From Alistipes sp. (GTDB lineage: Bacteria > Bacteroidota > Bacteroidia > Bacteroidales > Rikenellaceae): a stretch of DNA of 64,000 nt. The notes beneath the pieces were generated by a model. It ran no database searches. It worked only from the letters and a program-made list of their open reading frames with translations, and had not been told where the DNA came from. The translations under genes and the position numbers were made by a program. Shown here in pieces: positions 1 to 9,673 of the stretch (position 1 is its first letter; the number at the start of each line of letters is the position of its first letter). The DNA lies in the NCBI GenBank assembly GCA_045635325.1, contig JAZRBZ010000016.1:15359-79358 (forward strand), in the 5' to 3' direction.

Positions 1-714
1 CTGCAGGCGTGCGTCGATGGTGCAGACGATCGACTTTCCGGGCTCGGGTTGGGTAATGATCTCGTCCGACGAATCGTCGCGGTCGTAGATGTTGTGCAGA
101 GCCAGTCCCTTCACGCCGCGCAAATCCTCCTCGTAGGCCGATTCAAGGCCCTGAATGCCGATATAGTCGCCGATGCCGTAGTAGTCGGAGCTGTTTTGGA
201 GCATACTTGCCGTAATCTCGCCGACGCTGCCGAGCAGGTTGCCTCCGATTTTGCGCGGGTATTGGCGCACGGTACGCGGAACGGTATACAGACCGGGTAT
301 GTTCAGCTCGTCGAGCTGCAACTTCTCCTCGGCCGAGAGATATTTCGCTATGAGACGGCCTTGACGCGCACTTCGGCGTGCCTCGGCAAATGCGTTTTTG
401 AGGCGTGGGAGCGAGAGTCCGGTGATGTCGAGCAATCGCAGGGTGTCGATGCCGCTCTTCGGCAGGTCGCGCCATACGGTCATCAGGTCGTAGCAGATTT
501 TGCTCTGCACCAGATACTCGCCGTTGCGGTCGAACACCTCGCCACGAGGCGGATACTTCACGACGTAGCGCAGGTAGTTGTCATTGGCCATCGAGTCGTA
601 GCGACCATCGACGAGCTGCAACCACGCAACGCGTAATATCAGCAGACCAAATATGCCGAATACCACAACACGCGGAACGATTATCCGCCAACGATTGTAG
701 CCGTACTCCTTCAT
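1..714 (-). CDS. mrdA: Penicillin-binding protein 2, 5' part (runs off the window start)
   Basis: Read by hand from ATG at 714, overlapping the mreD stop (TAATG): MKEYGYNRWRIIVPRVVVFGIFGLLILRVAWLQLVDG...YPPRGEVFDRNG. This is a class B PBP N-terminus (TM helix + RG.I.DRNG motif) and follows mreBCD. Confidence 0.9.
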   Translation of the reverse strand, partial: MKEYGYNRWRIIVPRVVVFGIFGLLILRVAWLQLVDGRYDSMANDNYLRYVVKYPPRGEVFDRNGEYLVQSKICYDLMTVWRDLPKSGIDTLRLLDITGLSLPRLKNAFAEARRSARQGRLIAKYLSAEEKLQLDELNIPGLYTVPRTVRQYPRKIGGNLLGSVGEITASMLQNSSDYYGIGDYIGIQGLESAYEEDLRGVKGLALHNIYDRDDSSDEIITQPEPGKSIVCTIDARLQ

Positions 715-1232
715 TATTTGGTCGAGAGTTTAGGGTTGAATAGCAGCAACAGGAAGTAGACCGCAGCCAGCGATGCGAGCGTACTGCACGCCAACCGTGC
801 TGCGAAGAAACCGAAGTTGTCGAAGGTGAGGTGCTCGACGCCGAAGAAGAGCAACGAGTGCAGGACGACCATCGTTATGACGTAGCGGTGGTAGCGATAC
901 ACGCCGAGTCGCTGTTCGCTCGGTGCGCTCTCCTCCTTGTCGAAGTCGGAGAAACCTGCCACGAGGTTGAGTATCGGTCGACGGAAGAAGCCCATCGGAA
1001 GTGTCGCGATGATGTTGAGTCCCTCGGTACCCATCGTCAAATCCATCAGCAGACCGATGGCCAGGCTCGCGAGTAACATCTTGAGCGGCGACGAGTCGAG
1101 CGGCATCATTATCACGCAGGCAATGTATGCCATAGGGGCAAACAGCACGCTTAACGTGAGGTTGTTGAGCAGAAATATCTGCACCATCAGCGTTACGATG
1201 AAAAAGAGTATGTAGCTTCCTTTGCCCTTCAT
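714..1232 (-). CDS. mreD: Rod shape-determining protein MreD
   Basis: 172 aa polytopic membrane protein between mreC and mrdA; G.L.D motif. Confidence 0.85.
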   Translation of the reverse strand: MKGKGSYILFFIVTLMVQIFLLNNLTLSVLFAPMAYIACVIMMPLDSSPLKMLLASLAIGLLMDLTMGTEGLNIIATLPMGFFRRPILNLVAGFSDFDKEESAPSEQRLGVYRYHRYVITMVVLHSLLFFGVEHLTFDNFGFFAARLACSTLASLAAVYFLLLLFNPKLSTK

Positions 1233-1252
1233 TGTGCCGTTTGTGGGGGTTT

Positions 1253-2101
1253 CTATTGTTGTGTTTGGTCGGCAGCCGGTAGCGGATTCTCTTCGAGCAT
1301 CTGCGCCTCGACTGCGGCATTGTTCTTCACGAGCAGTACATTGCTCAAGCGCGACATATCGGCTGCCAGACGGATGCGGCAGTCGTACGACGTTGCATTC
1401 TCGCGCAGGGTGGCCTTCTCGACCTTGCCGATGATGACTCCCGACGGGAAGTAGTGCGAGAAGCCGGCCGCAACCACCACGTCGCCCTGCTCGATGTGCG
1501 CATACTTGGTTACATCGTCGAAGTCGGCCATCTGCGAGTTGCCGCCGTTCCAGTGTACCGAACCGATGCTGCCATCGACCGCCAGACGTGCGCTGACGCG
1601 GAACGAGGTGTTGAGCAGCGAACGTGCGATGGAGAAGTTCTCCGAGCAGTTTACGATCGTGCCGACCGCATAGCCCTCGGGTGAGAGCACCGCCATATTG
1701 ATTGCGACACCCTGATTGAAGCCCTTGTCGATGGTGATGTAGTTCTGTGCGCGATTAATCGAGTTCGACACTACGCGTGCCGGCGTGTACTCGTAGCGAT
1801 GGCCCGCCTCGTTGCCCATCTGCTCCTTCATCGCGCTCTCAAATTCGCTCACCGCATCGAGGCGGTTTTCGAGCTCGGCGATGCGCTCCGTCAGGCGAAG
1901 GTTTTCGCTGCGCAGCGAGAAGTATTGCTTTACGCCGTGGAGCGAGTTGTGGATGTGGCGAACGACGTAGTTCGAGCCGGCGAGCAGACGTGCCTGCGTA
2001 TAGGGTGTCGAATAGGCATAGTAACGGATGGCGACAATCTCCAACACTACGAAGATTATCGCCACGTATGTTCTGCGAATAAAATAGACGAGTTTATGCA
2101 T
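1253..2101 (-). CDS. mreC: Rod shape-determining protein MreC
   Basis: N-terminal TM helix, coiled coil (LRSENLRLTERIAELE), ITIDKG..QGV motif; probable start MHKLVYF. Confidence 0.92.
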   Translation of the reverse strand: MHKLVYFIRRTYVAIIFVVLEIVAIRYYAYSTPYTQARLLAGSNYVVRHIHNSLHGVKQYFSLRSENLRLTERIAELENRLDAVSEFESAMKEQMGNEAGHRYEYTPARVVSNSINRAQNYITIDKGFNQGVAINMAVLSPEGYAVGTIVNCSENFSIARSLLNTSFRVSARLAVDGSIGSVHWNGGNSQMADFDDVTKYAHIEQGDVVVAAGFSHYFPSGVIIGKVEKATLRENATSYDCRIRLAADMSRLSNVLLVKNNAAVEAQMLEENPLPAADQTQQ

Positions 2102-2205
2102 AACTGCGCTCCTATCCGACCTATCGCTTGCGCGTGTTTGTCCGTTTTGCGTGATAGCCACTCAATCGCCTCTGCCCGCACGAGTGCGAGCCGGCGGAGT
2201 GCATA

Positions 2206-3228
2206 TTAGCCGCGCATCAGGAACGAGAAACGGTTGATGTTCTTAAGCGCGAGGTTCGTACCGCGCACGATAGCGCGCAGAGGATCCTCGGCGATGTGGA
2301 ACGGAATACCGGTCTTGTCCGAGAGACGCTTGCCCAGGCCCTTGATGAGAGCACCACCACCTGCCAGGTAGATACCGTTGCGAACAACGTCCGAGTAGAG
2401 CTCGGCCGGCATCTCGGTGAGCACCTTCATCAGCGCCTCGTCCAACTTTAGGAGCGATGCCTCCAAAGCGTAGGCAATCTCGGTATAGTTGAGCGAGATG
2501 GTCTGCGGGAGTGCGGTCAGGATGCTCGGACCGGTTACAACGTAGTCTGCCGGCTCGTCGTCGAGCGTTGGCAGCGCTGCACCAATCTTACACTTGATAT
2601 CCTCGGCCGTGCGCTCGCCGATGCGGATGTTATGCTGCTGCTTAACGTAGTTCATAATGTCGTTGGTAAAGACGTCGCCCGCGATGTCGATAGACTCCGA
2701 GCATACGATACCGCCGAGCGAGATACAAGCGATCTCCGACGTACCACCACCGATGTCGATAATCATATTACCCTCCGGTGCCTCGACGTCGAGACCTGCA
2801 CCGAGAGCTGCAGCCATCGGCTCGTAGATCATCGCCACCTCGCGACCACCGGCGTGCTCTGCCGAGTCGCGTACGGCACGAATCTCGACGTTGGTCGAAC
2901 CCGACGGAATGCAGATAACCATCTTGAGCGATGGCGAGAAGAGTGCGCCCGAGGTTTTGATCTTACGAATCATACCCTTGAGCATCAACTCCGTTGCGTT
3001 GAAGTCGGCAATCACACCGCCCTTCAGAGGACGGATGGTGCGGAGGTTTGGATTGGTACGGCCTACATAGCGGTGTGCCTCGTGGCCGAGTGCCTCGAGC
3101 TGGCCCGAGTGGATGTTGATGGCAACAACCGACGGCTCGTCGACAACCACCTCGTCGTTATAGACGATGAGCGTGTTGGCCGTTCCGAGGTCGATTGCCA
3201 ATTCCTGTGTTAATGAAAAAAGTCCCAT
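2206..3228 (-). CDS. mreB: Rod shape-determining protein MreB
   Basis: AIDLGTANT, EPMAAALGAGL and DIGGGTSE actin-like motifs; probable start MGLFS. Confidence 0.97.
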   Translation of the reverse strand: MGLFSLTQELAIDLGTANTLIVYNDEVVVDEPSVVAINIHSGQLEALGHEAHRYVGRTNPNLRTIRPLKGGVIADFNATELMLKGMIRKIKTSGALFSPSLKMVICIPSGSTNVEIRAVRDSAEHAGGREVAMIYEPMAAALGAGLDVEAPEGNMIIDIGGGTSEIACISLGGIVCSESIDIAGDVFTNDIMNYVKQQHNIRIGERTAEDIKCKIGAALPTLDDEPADYVVTGPSILTALPQTISLNYTEIAYALEASLLKLDEALMKVLTEMPAELYSDVVRNGIYLAGGGALIKGLGKRLSDKTGIPFHIAEDPLRAIVRGTNLALKNINRFSFLMRG

Positions 3229-3462
3229 AAATTTATCGTTTTTTATTATTTTTTCGTCGTTTCGGGTGGTCTGCGATGTGTCCGAAAAACATATCGCGCC
3301 ACTTTTTTGCAAAGGTAGAAAAAAGATAAATATCTTTTATGGTTTTTTTGAAAAAAATTTTTTACCTTTGAACTGCTGAAAATTCGTCTGCCGTCGGGCG
3401 CGGGTTTTCGGCCGAGTGTGCAACGCCAAAAATTGATTTTACACAAATAATATTTTCAAGCT

Positions 3463-4794
3463 ATGGAATTGATTAAATTGGACACCCGTAAGTGCGGTGT
3501 CGAGGTATGCGAGGCGCTCAAGCGCGAGGCAATCGAGGCAAACGAACTGCTCCACGCAGGTAAGGGTGCCGGTAACGACTTTTTGGGCTGGATTACCCTT
3601 CCGTCGGACATTACGCCGGAGCATCTGGCCGAGGTAAATGCTTGCGCTGCACGTCTTCGTGAGAAGGCAGAGGTGGTTATCTGCATCGGTATCGGTGGCT
3701 CGTATCTGGGCGCAAAGGCGGTTATCGACGCTATGACCGATTCGTTCGAGTTGCTGCACAAGGAGCACAAGAATCCGATCGTGCTCTTCGCAGGTCAGAA
3801 CATCTCGGAGGACTATCTGGGTGAGATGCTCGACGCATTGAAGGACTACTCGATTGCAACCATCGTTGCTTCGAAGTCGGGTACGACGACCGAGCCGGCT
3901 ATCGCTTTCCGCATCATCAAGGAGGAGATCGAGCGCCGCTATGGTAAGGAGGATGCGAAGGATCGTATCGTAGCCGTTACCGACAAGGCACGCGGTGCGT
4001 TGAAGACGCTCGCTACCAACGAGGGTTACACGACGTTCGTTATTCCGGACAACGTGGGTGGTCGTTTCTCGGTACTTTCGCCGGTAGGTTTGTTGCCTCT
4101 CGCAGCAGGTGGTGTTGATATCACCGCACTGGTTGAGGGTGCTCGCGCAGTCGAGGAGTCGACCAAGCCGGGTGTGCCTTACGAGGAGAATATTTCGGCG
4201 CAGTACGCTGCCGTTCGTAATGCACTCTATCGCCAGGGCAAGAAGATTGAGATTCTCGGTTCGTATGAGCCAAAGCTCGTGAATATCAACGAGTGGTGGA
4301 AGCAGCTCTACGGCGAGAGCGAGGGTAAGGACGGCAAGGGTATCTACCCTGCAAGCGTTACGCTCACGGCCGACCTCCACTCGATGGGCCAGTACATTCA
4401 GGATGGCGAGCGTACACTCTTCGAGACCATCATCTCGGTTGTATCGCCGAAGTACGACGTTCGCGTAGGTGCCGATGAGGATAACCTCGACGGTTTGAAC
4501 TACCTTGCAGGCAAGCGTCTGCACGAGATCAACAAGATGGCCGAGCTCGGCGTACAGATTGCACACGTCGACGGTGGTGTTCCTAACCTCCGCGTTGAGA
4601 TTCCTGCAATCGATGAGCGTTCGCTTGGTGCTCTGATCTACTTCTTCGAGAAGGCGTGCGGTATCAGCGGTTATATGCTGGGTGTGAATCCGTTCAATCA
4701 GCCGGGCGTTGAGGACTACAAGCGCAATATGTTTGCTCTGCTCGAGAAGCCGGGCTATGAGGAGCAGACCAAGGCAATCAAGGCAAAGCTCTAA
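3463..4794 (+). CDS. pgi: Glucose-6-phosphate isomerase
   Basis: [32 protein letters not shown] and [10 protein letters not shown] motifs. Confidence 0.97.
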   Translation: MELIKLDTRKCGVEVCEALKREAIEANELLHAGKGAGNDFLGWITLPSDITPEHLAEVNACAARLREKAEVVICIGIGGSYLGAKAVIDAMTDSFELLHKEHKNPIVLFAGQNISEDYLGEMLDALKDYSIATIVASKSGTTTEPAIAFRIIKEEIERRYGKEDAKDRIVAVTDKARGALKTLATNEGYTTFVIPDNVGGRFSVLSPVGLLPLAAGGVDITALVEGARAVEESTKPGVPYEENISAQYAAVRNALYRQGKKIEILGSYEPKLVNINEWWKQLYGESEGKDGKGIYPASVTLTADLHSMGQYIQDGERTLFETIISVVSPKYDVRVGADEDNLDGLNYLAGKRLHEINKMAELGVQIAHVDGGVPNLRVEIPAIDERSLGALIYFFEKACGISGYMLGVNPFNQPGVEDYKRNMFALLEKPGYEEQTKAIKAKL

Positions 4795-4818
4795 TCAGTA
4801 GCGGCCGACATAAATAAG

Positions 4819-4849
4819 AAAACCGCATCCGAGTTCGGATGCGGTTTTT
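4819..4849. terminator. Bidirectional intrinsic terminator between pgi and the MFS gene
   Basis: AAAACCGCATCCGA-GT-TCGGATGCGGTTTT inverted repeat between convergent genes. Confidence 0.85.
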
Positions 4850-4881
4850 GTTTGCTGTGTATGCCTGTGCGAGAGTTGTCG

Positions 4882-6543
4882 CTATGCGGTCTGCTCGTCG
4901 TAGCCGTCGCGCTTTGCACCCCACATCAGCAGGAATATCGCCATACCGACTACGGCCATTGCAATCATACCGACAAAGACGTAGTTCCAACCGAAGTGAT
5001 CGACCAATACGCCGACGCCCAAGCCCGATACGAATACGCTCAAGTAGCCGAAGATACCCGTCAGGCCGTTAGCCGTAGCGGCCGCCTTCTTGGTCGCCTG
5101 GTTGGCTGCTGCGATGCCGATAAGTGCCTGTGGACCATAGATGAAGAAGCCCGCCATAGCTAGTACGCAGATGAGCACCAGCGGATGAACGTCGCTCGGC
5201 AACATATAGAATATTGTCATAAATACGGCAGTGCCGAGCATACAGAATACGCAGGTGCGGTGGGCGCGTCCGGCGAAGAGTTTGTCCGTAGCCCAGCCCG
5301 CTGCGAGCATACCGATAATACCGAAAATCTCGAAGATGGCCACCGTCCAGCCGGCATAGCCGTACGACATATCGCGCGCCTCGGTGAGGAACTTCGGTCC
5401 CCAATCGAGCACCGAGAAACGCACCACATAAACAAAGAAGTTGGCAACGGCCAGAATCCAAATCAGCTTGTTGCCGTAGACCTTCTTGCGAACGAATCGG
5501 CGATACTCCTCGGGGTTGGTATCGTCGGCCAGAGCCGAGGTCTTGTTCTCGAGTTCGGGCAGTCCGACCGATTTAGGTGTGTCGCGCAGGAAGACAAAGA
5601 TTCCGAGACCTCCGAGCAGAGCGATGAGGCCCGGCAACCAAAAGCACCATCTCCACGCGCCGGCGTTTGACGAGAGCGCCACGATGCTCTGCAAGGCCTT
5701 AACCTGCGGTGCAGGGAGCGATGTCTGCTCGGCGAGCTCGTCGGTCGTGATTGCCGCATTATCGGTAAGCAACTCCTTGACCTCCGTATAGTCCTCGTGA
5801 GTGAAGATGTAGGCCTCGCTCACGCGACGACCATCCTCGTAGTTTGGCTTGTAGGTGTAGGTAACCTGCGCTATCGTAACGTCGTCGCCCTCCTTCACGC
5901 TCACGCTGTTGACCTTTGCGATGCGGATGTCCGACTTCTTCACGTCGTCCTTAAAGTTGGTCGAGATGTAGTTGCGCGTCATACGCTCCACATCCTCCGC
6001 ATTGCCGCTCAAATCCGAGCCCAGATGGCCCATAATAAAGCCGCAGAGGATAGCGAGCAGGCCCGCGCCAATCGAGTGCGAAGTGTTCCAGATGGACATC
6101 TTTGTAGCGAGCTCCTGTGGCGGAATCCAGTGCGAGAGTAGTCGTGCGCACGGCGGGAAACCGCTGCCTTGGAATACGTTGTTGAGCACGAGCAGCACGC
6201 CGAATGCCACTACGAGTGCGTGTGGCGCAACGCCAATCTCGATGCCGAGTAACTGCGGTGCGAAGCCGAACGCAAGCGAAGCCAATGCGCAGAGTACCAG
6301 GCCGAGCGACATATGGTAGCGGGCGTTCATTCGGTCGGCAAGCAGGCCGTTCGCAAAGCGCGAGAAGCCGTAGACCAGACCTACGATGGCGAGGATGATA
6401 CCGAAACTCGTGTTCGAGATGGAGTATTCGGCAGCCAGGCCCGGCATCGCAAACGAGAAGTTCTTACGCACGAAGTAGAAGAGCGCGTATCCGACCATCG
6501 TGGTCAGGATGGTGCGCCACTGCCAATATCTGAACGATTTCAT
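4882..6543 (-). CDS. MFS organophosphate:Pi antiporter (GlpT/UhpT family) with a large loop insertion
   Basis: YFVRKN, WNTSHSIG, LRDTP.SVGLP and FFIYGPQALIG GlpT-family motifs; ~120 aa hydrophilic insert. Confidence 0.88.
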   Translation of the reverse strand: MKSFRYWQWRTILTTMVGYALFYFVRKNFSFAMPGLAAEYSISNTSFGIILAIVGLVYGFSRFANGLLADRMNARYHMSLGLVLCALASLAFGFAPQLLGIEIGVAPHALVVAFGVLLVLNNVFQGSGFPPCARLLSHWIPPQELATKMSIWNTSHSIGAGLLAILCGFIMGHLGSDLSGNAEDVERMTRNYISTNFKDDVKKSDIRIAKVNSVSVKEGDDVTIAQVTYTYKPNYEDGRRVSEAYIFTHEDYTEVKELLTDNAAITTDELAEQTSLPAPQVKALQSIVALSSNAGAWRWCFWLPGLIALLGGLGIFVFLRDTPKSVGLPELENKTSALADDTNPEEYRRFVRKKVYGNKLIWILAVANFFVYVVRFSVLDWGPKFLTEARDMSYGYAGWTVAIFEIFGIIGMLAAGWATDKLFAGRAHRTCVFCMLGTAVFMTIFYMLPSDVHPLVLICVLAMAGFFIYGPQALIGIAAANQATKKAAATANGLTGIFGYLSVFVSGLGVGVLVDHFGWNYVFVGMIAMAVVGMAIFLLMWGAKRDGYDEQTA

Positions 6544-6604
6544 CTTATTGCTAAAGTTGTTTTTGGTGTTGTGTGTAAATTTTGAGTGTGTGCGCTGCGG
6601 CCCG

Positions 6605-7471
6605 CTACTCGCGATGGCTCTCGGCAATCAGCTCGCCGAGTACCTCGATGCTGTCGCAAATCAGGTGTGGCTGTTTAGGCGCAGCGTCTGCAATGTCGAG
6701 CGTCGTCTCGCCCGAGAGCACCAACACACCGAATGCGCCGGCGTTGTGCGCCATCTCGATGTCGGTGTAGATGCGGTCGCCGACCATTGCCACCTCGTCC
6801 GCCTCGTAGCCGTAGCGCGAGAGGATGCCCGAGAGCATATTCGGGTCGGGCTTGCCGAGCGTGATGTCAGGCGTGCGGCCCGTAGCGTGGGTAAGGCAGG
6901 CGCAAATCGAGCCACAGTCTACCAAAACGGTCGGCTGGTCGGTCGGACAAACGCGGTCAGGATTGGTTGCGATGTAAGGCACGCCCTGCGAAATCCACCA
7001 CGCAGCACGGCACAGACGGTCGTAGGCGAGAGTCTTGTCGAAAGCGACAACCAATACATCCGGACGATCCTCGGCCGAATCCTCTGCCGACTCGAAGCCC
7101 GCCTTCTCAAACTCGGTAATCATCGACGGCGTGCCGAGCATAAAGAGGCGCTTCGCCTGCGGATAGTGTGTCTTGATGTAGTCGATGGTCGCCAGCGCCG
7201 TGGTGTACATCTCCTCCTCGGTTGCCTCCACGCCCAGACGTGCGAGCTTTGCCAGATAGTCGGCAATCGACGCCGAAGGGTTGTTGGTCAGGAACGAGTG
7301 GCGTACGCCGCGCTCCTTCAGCCCCGCCAGGAACGGCTTGGTGTAAGGGAAGAGAGTCGTGCCCATGTAGATTGTGCCATCCATATCGAGAGCAACGTGC
7401 TTCAATCGACGCAACTGCGCCATCAGTTCATCGTGCGAATATATCGAACGATATTTGTTAAATTCTGCCAT
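6605..7471 (-). CDS. HAD-IIA family hydrolase (NagD-like sugar/nucleotide phosphatase)
   Basis: LDMDGT, LTNN, GKP and VGDRIYTDI motifs. Confidence 0.92.
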   Translation of the reverse strand: MAEFNKYRSIYSHDELMAQLRRLKHVALDMDGTIYMGTTLFPYTKPFLAGLKERGVRHSFLTNNPSASIADYLAKLARLGVEATEEEMYTTALATIDYIKTHYPQAKRLFMLGTPSMITEFEKAGFESAEDSAEDRPDVLVVAFDKTLAYDRLCRAAWWISQGVPYIATNPDRVCPTDQPTVLVDCGSICACLTHATGRTPDITLGKPDPNMLSGILSRYGYEADEVAMVGDRIYTDIEMAHNAGAFGVLVLSGETTLDIADAAPKQPHLICDSIEVLGELIAESHRE

Positions 7472-7675
7472 ATTGTTTTGAGTTTATTAGTTTGTAATCA
7501 ATGCATTTCGTCCCTCTGCGGACATAATTTGTGTAAAGATAGGTAAAATTTCGCCATTCGCCAAATTTGCACGCCCGAAGCATCTGCCGGTTGGTTAATT
7601 GGCTGAATATCTTGCTCGGAAATTGCCGACGGGGCAGAATGTTCGCCTGACCCCCAAAGCTACCATAACAAACAG

Positions 7676-7898
7676 CAGTGGCATTCGGGCTTGCAGCCCT
7701 GAATGACATTCAGTGGCATTTAATAGCAAGCGGGCTATCGCCCTTAATGGCAAGCGCACTCTTGCAGAGTGCTGAATGGCAAGCGCAGTCTAACAACTGC
7801 TTAATGGCAAAAAATGGCAATTTTTTTATTCTGTTATTCGTTGCCATTAAATGCCATTCAAGTGAGCGTCAGCGAATGACTGCCATTTAATGTCACCT
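7676..7898. repeat. AATGGCAA-type decamer array with hairpin spacers and an inverted arm
   Basis: About eight forward copies (e.g. TAATGGCAAG, GAATGGCAAG) and about four inverted copies (TTGCCATTA, ATGCCATTC); four palindromic spacers. Confidence 0.8.
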
Positions 7899-7916
7899 AA
7901 AAACGCCTCTGCGCCC

Positions 7917-7956
7917 GACCTTACATGACTTTACTTGACTTTATTTGACCTTATAC
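7917..7956 (-). repeat. TAAGGTC decamer tandem repeat, copy 1 of a dispersed family
   Basis: GACCTTACAT GACTTTACTT GACTTTATTT GACCTTATAC. Confidence 0.8.
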
Positions 7957-7981
7957 TATTATATAATATAGCCCCACCTGC

Positions 7982-8017
7982 AAAAAAGAACTACCCGACA
8001 ACCAACGTGTCGGGTAG
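7982..8017 (-). terminator. Intrinsic terminator of the SDR dehydrogenase gene
   Basis: CTACCCGACA...TGTCGGGTAG stem with an A-run on its left (U-tail on the minus strand). Confidence 0.75.
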
Positions 8018-8041
8018 CATCTGTATCAGTCGTTTGCTCTG

Positions 8042-8986
8042 TTACAAACCCTTTTTGCGGATTGCGTCGAGCATATCTACGGTCATATTCTCGAGATTCC
8101 ACTGCGGCTTCCAGCCCCACTCCTCACGAGCGCAGGTGTCGTCCAGGTAGTTAGGCCAGCTACGCGAAATCTCCTCCTTTATAGGGTCGATGTCGTAGTC
8201 GATTGTGAACGACGGGATGTGCTTGCGAATCTCGGCAGCGATCATCTCCGGCGTGAAGCTCATCGACGCGAGGTTGAAGCTGTTGCGGTGCTTCAGACGT
8301 GCAGGGTCGGCCTCCATCAGCTCGACAATCGCACGCAGCGCGTCGGGCATATACAACATATCCATATATACGTCGCTCGGCACAGCACAGGTGTACTTGC
8401 CTGTGCGAATTGCCTCGTAGTAGATCTCTACGGCGTAGTCGGTCGTACCGCCACCCGGCAGAGTCTTGTTCGAGATGATGCCCGGGAAGCGAATCGAGCG
8501 GGTGTCGATGCCGTACTTGCGTGTGTAGTAGTTGCTGAGCAACTCGCCCGTTACCTTACAGATGCCGTAGATGGTCGTCGGCTGCATAATGGTATCCTGC
8601 GGAGTGCCATCCTTCGGCGACGAAGGGCCGAACGCACCGATCGAGCTCGGTGTGAAGACTGCGCAGTGGTGCTGACGTGCCACCTCCAACGAGTTGAGCA
8701 GCGCACCCATATTCACGCCCCACGCCATCTGCGGATTACGCTCGCCGACAGCCGAGAGCAGCGCCACGAGGTTGAAGATGGTATCGATGTGGTGACGAGC
8801 CACGACCGACGCCATATTTGTAGGGTTGAGGGCGTCGAGCACCTCGAACGGGCCATCGTCCGAGAGCGACTTACATTCGCGAACATCAGTTGCGACGACG
8901 TTCGATGCGCCGTAAATCGAGCGCAGATATGGCACCAACTCCGAGCCAATCTGACCACCGGCGCCAACGATAAGAATCTTTTTCAT
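8042..8986 (-). CDS. NAD-dependent epimerase/SDR family, probable L-threonine 3-dehydrogenase
   Basis: GAGGQIG, ALLSAVGE, PSSIGAFG, YGICK and PGGGTTDY motifs, typical of SDR-type ThrDH. Confidence 0.85.
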   Translation of the reverse strand: MKKILIVGAGGQIGSELVPYLRSIYGASNVVATDVRECKSLSDDGPFEVLDALNPTNMASVVARHHIDTIFNLVALLSAVGERNPQMAWGVNMGALLNSLEVARQHHCAVFTPSSIGAFGPSSPKDGTPQDTIMQPTTIYGICKVTGELLSNYYTRKYGIDTRSIRFPGIISNKTLPGGGTTDYAVEIYYEAIRTGKYTCAVPSDVYMDMLYMPDALRAIVELMEADPARLKHRNSFNLASMSFTPEMIAAEIRKHIPSFTIDYDIDPIKEEISRSWPNYLDDTCAREEWGWKPQWNLENMTVDMLDAIRKKGL

Positions 8987-9085
8987 CTGTTTGTGTTGTA
9001 ATTTTCCCGAAAGATAGAAAATTTTTCTCGAAAACACTCCGCGCAGCGACCAAACTGCACACTTTTTCGATTTTTTCACAAAAAA

Positions 9086-9116
9086 TTTGTAAAATTAAAT
9101 TTTATCCGTATCTTTG
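9086..9116 (+). promoter_or_regulatory. Bacteroidota sigma-A promoter for tRNA-Thr
   Basis: TTTG (9086-9089), 19 nt spacer, TATCTTTG (9109-9116). Confidence 0.75.
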
Positions 9117-9137
9117 CACCGCTTTAGGTAGCTAATT

Positions 9138-9191
<54 letters not shown>

Positions 9192-9209
<18 letters not shown>

Positions 9210-9608
9210 CTGAGGAATGCATAATGCAACGAGAATGCCACCCAGAAGGGTGGCATTTGTTATTATGAGCAGGCGGCGTGTGGACTTGTACACCACGCAT
9301 CCTGCTCATAATAATAGGCAACATAGTTGTACTTCTCGTTGCATTATACATATCCATAGCGCAATGGGGCAAGGCGATGCGTAGCGAGCCAAGCCTCGTC
9401 AACAGCTCAAAAGCACACAAAGACAAATGCCACCCGACGGGTGGCGTTTGTTGTTTATGTCGGTATGTATTGCTCGTAATAACATAAACGATATAAACAA
9501 CAAACACATCGCTTTGCGATATTTGTCTTGTGTGGTTTTGTAAGCGCCCCCGCGGAGCGGGAGAGGCAAGGCGGAGCGCCAGCGGCAGCCAAGCCTCGTC
9601 AACAGCTC
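9192..9608 (+). repeat. tRNA-3'-end direct repeats (3 x 19 bp) separating two structured ~180 bp cassettes
   Basis: CAAGCCTCGTCAACAGCTC is exact at 9192-9210, 9390-9408 and 9590-9608. Confidence 0.92.
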
Positions 9609-9616
9609 AAAACAAA

Positions 9617-9650
9617 AAAACCTCCTGACAGCACTTGTCAGGAGGTTTCT
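9617..9650. terminator. Bidirectional terminator after the last tRNA repeat
   Basis: AAACCTCCTGACA-GCACT-TGTCAGGAGGTTT. Confidence 0.85.
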
Positions 9651-9673
9651 ATTTTACTTGCCACTCTCTGCTC

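Noticed and set aside
7678-7890. 70-aa ORF over the AATGGCAA array
   Set aside because: The translation simply reflects the decamer repeats; GTG start with no supporting signals.
9278-9487. Short ORFs in the tRNA-downstream cassettes
   Set aside because: They cross repeat boundaries, are not conserved between the two cassettes, and resemble no protein I recognise.
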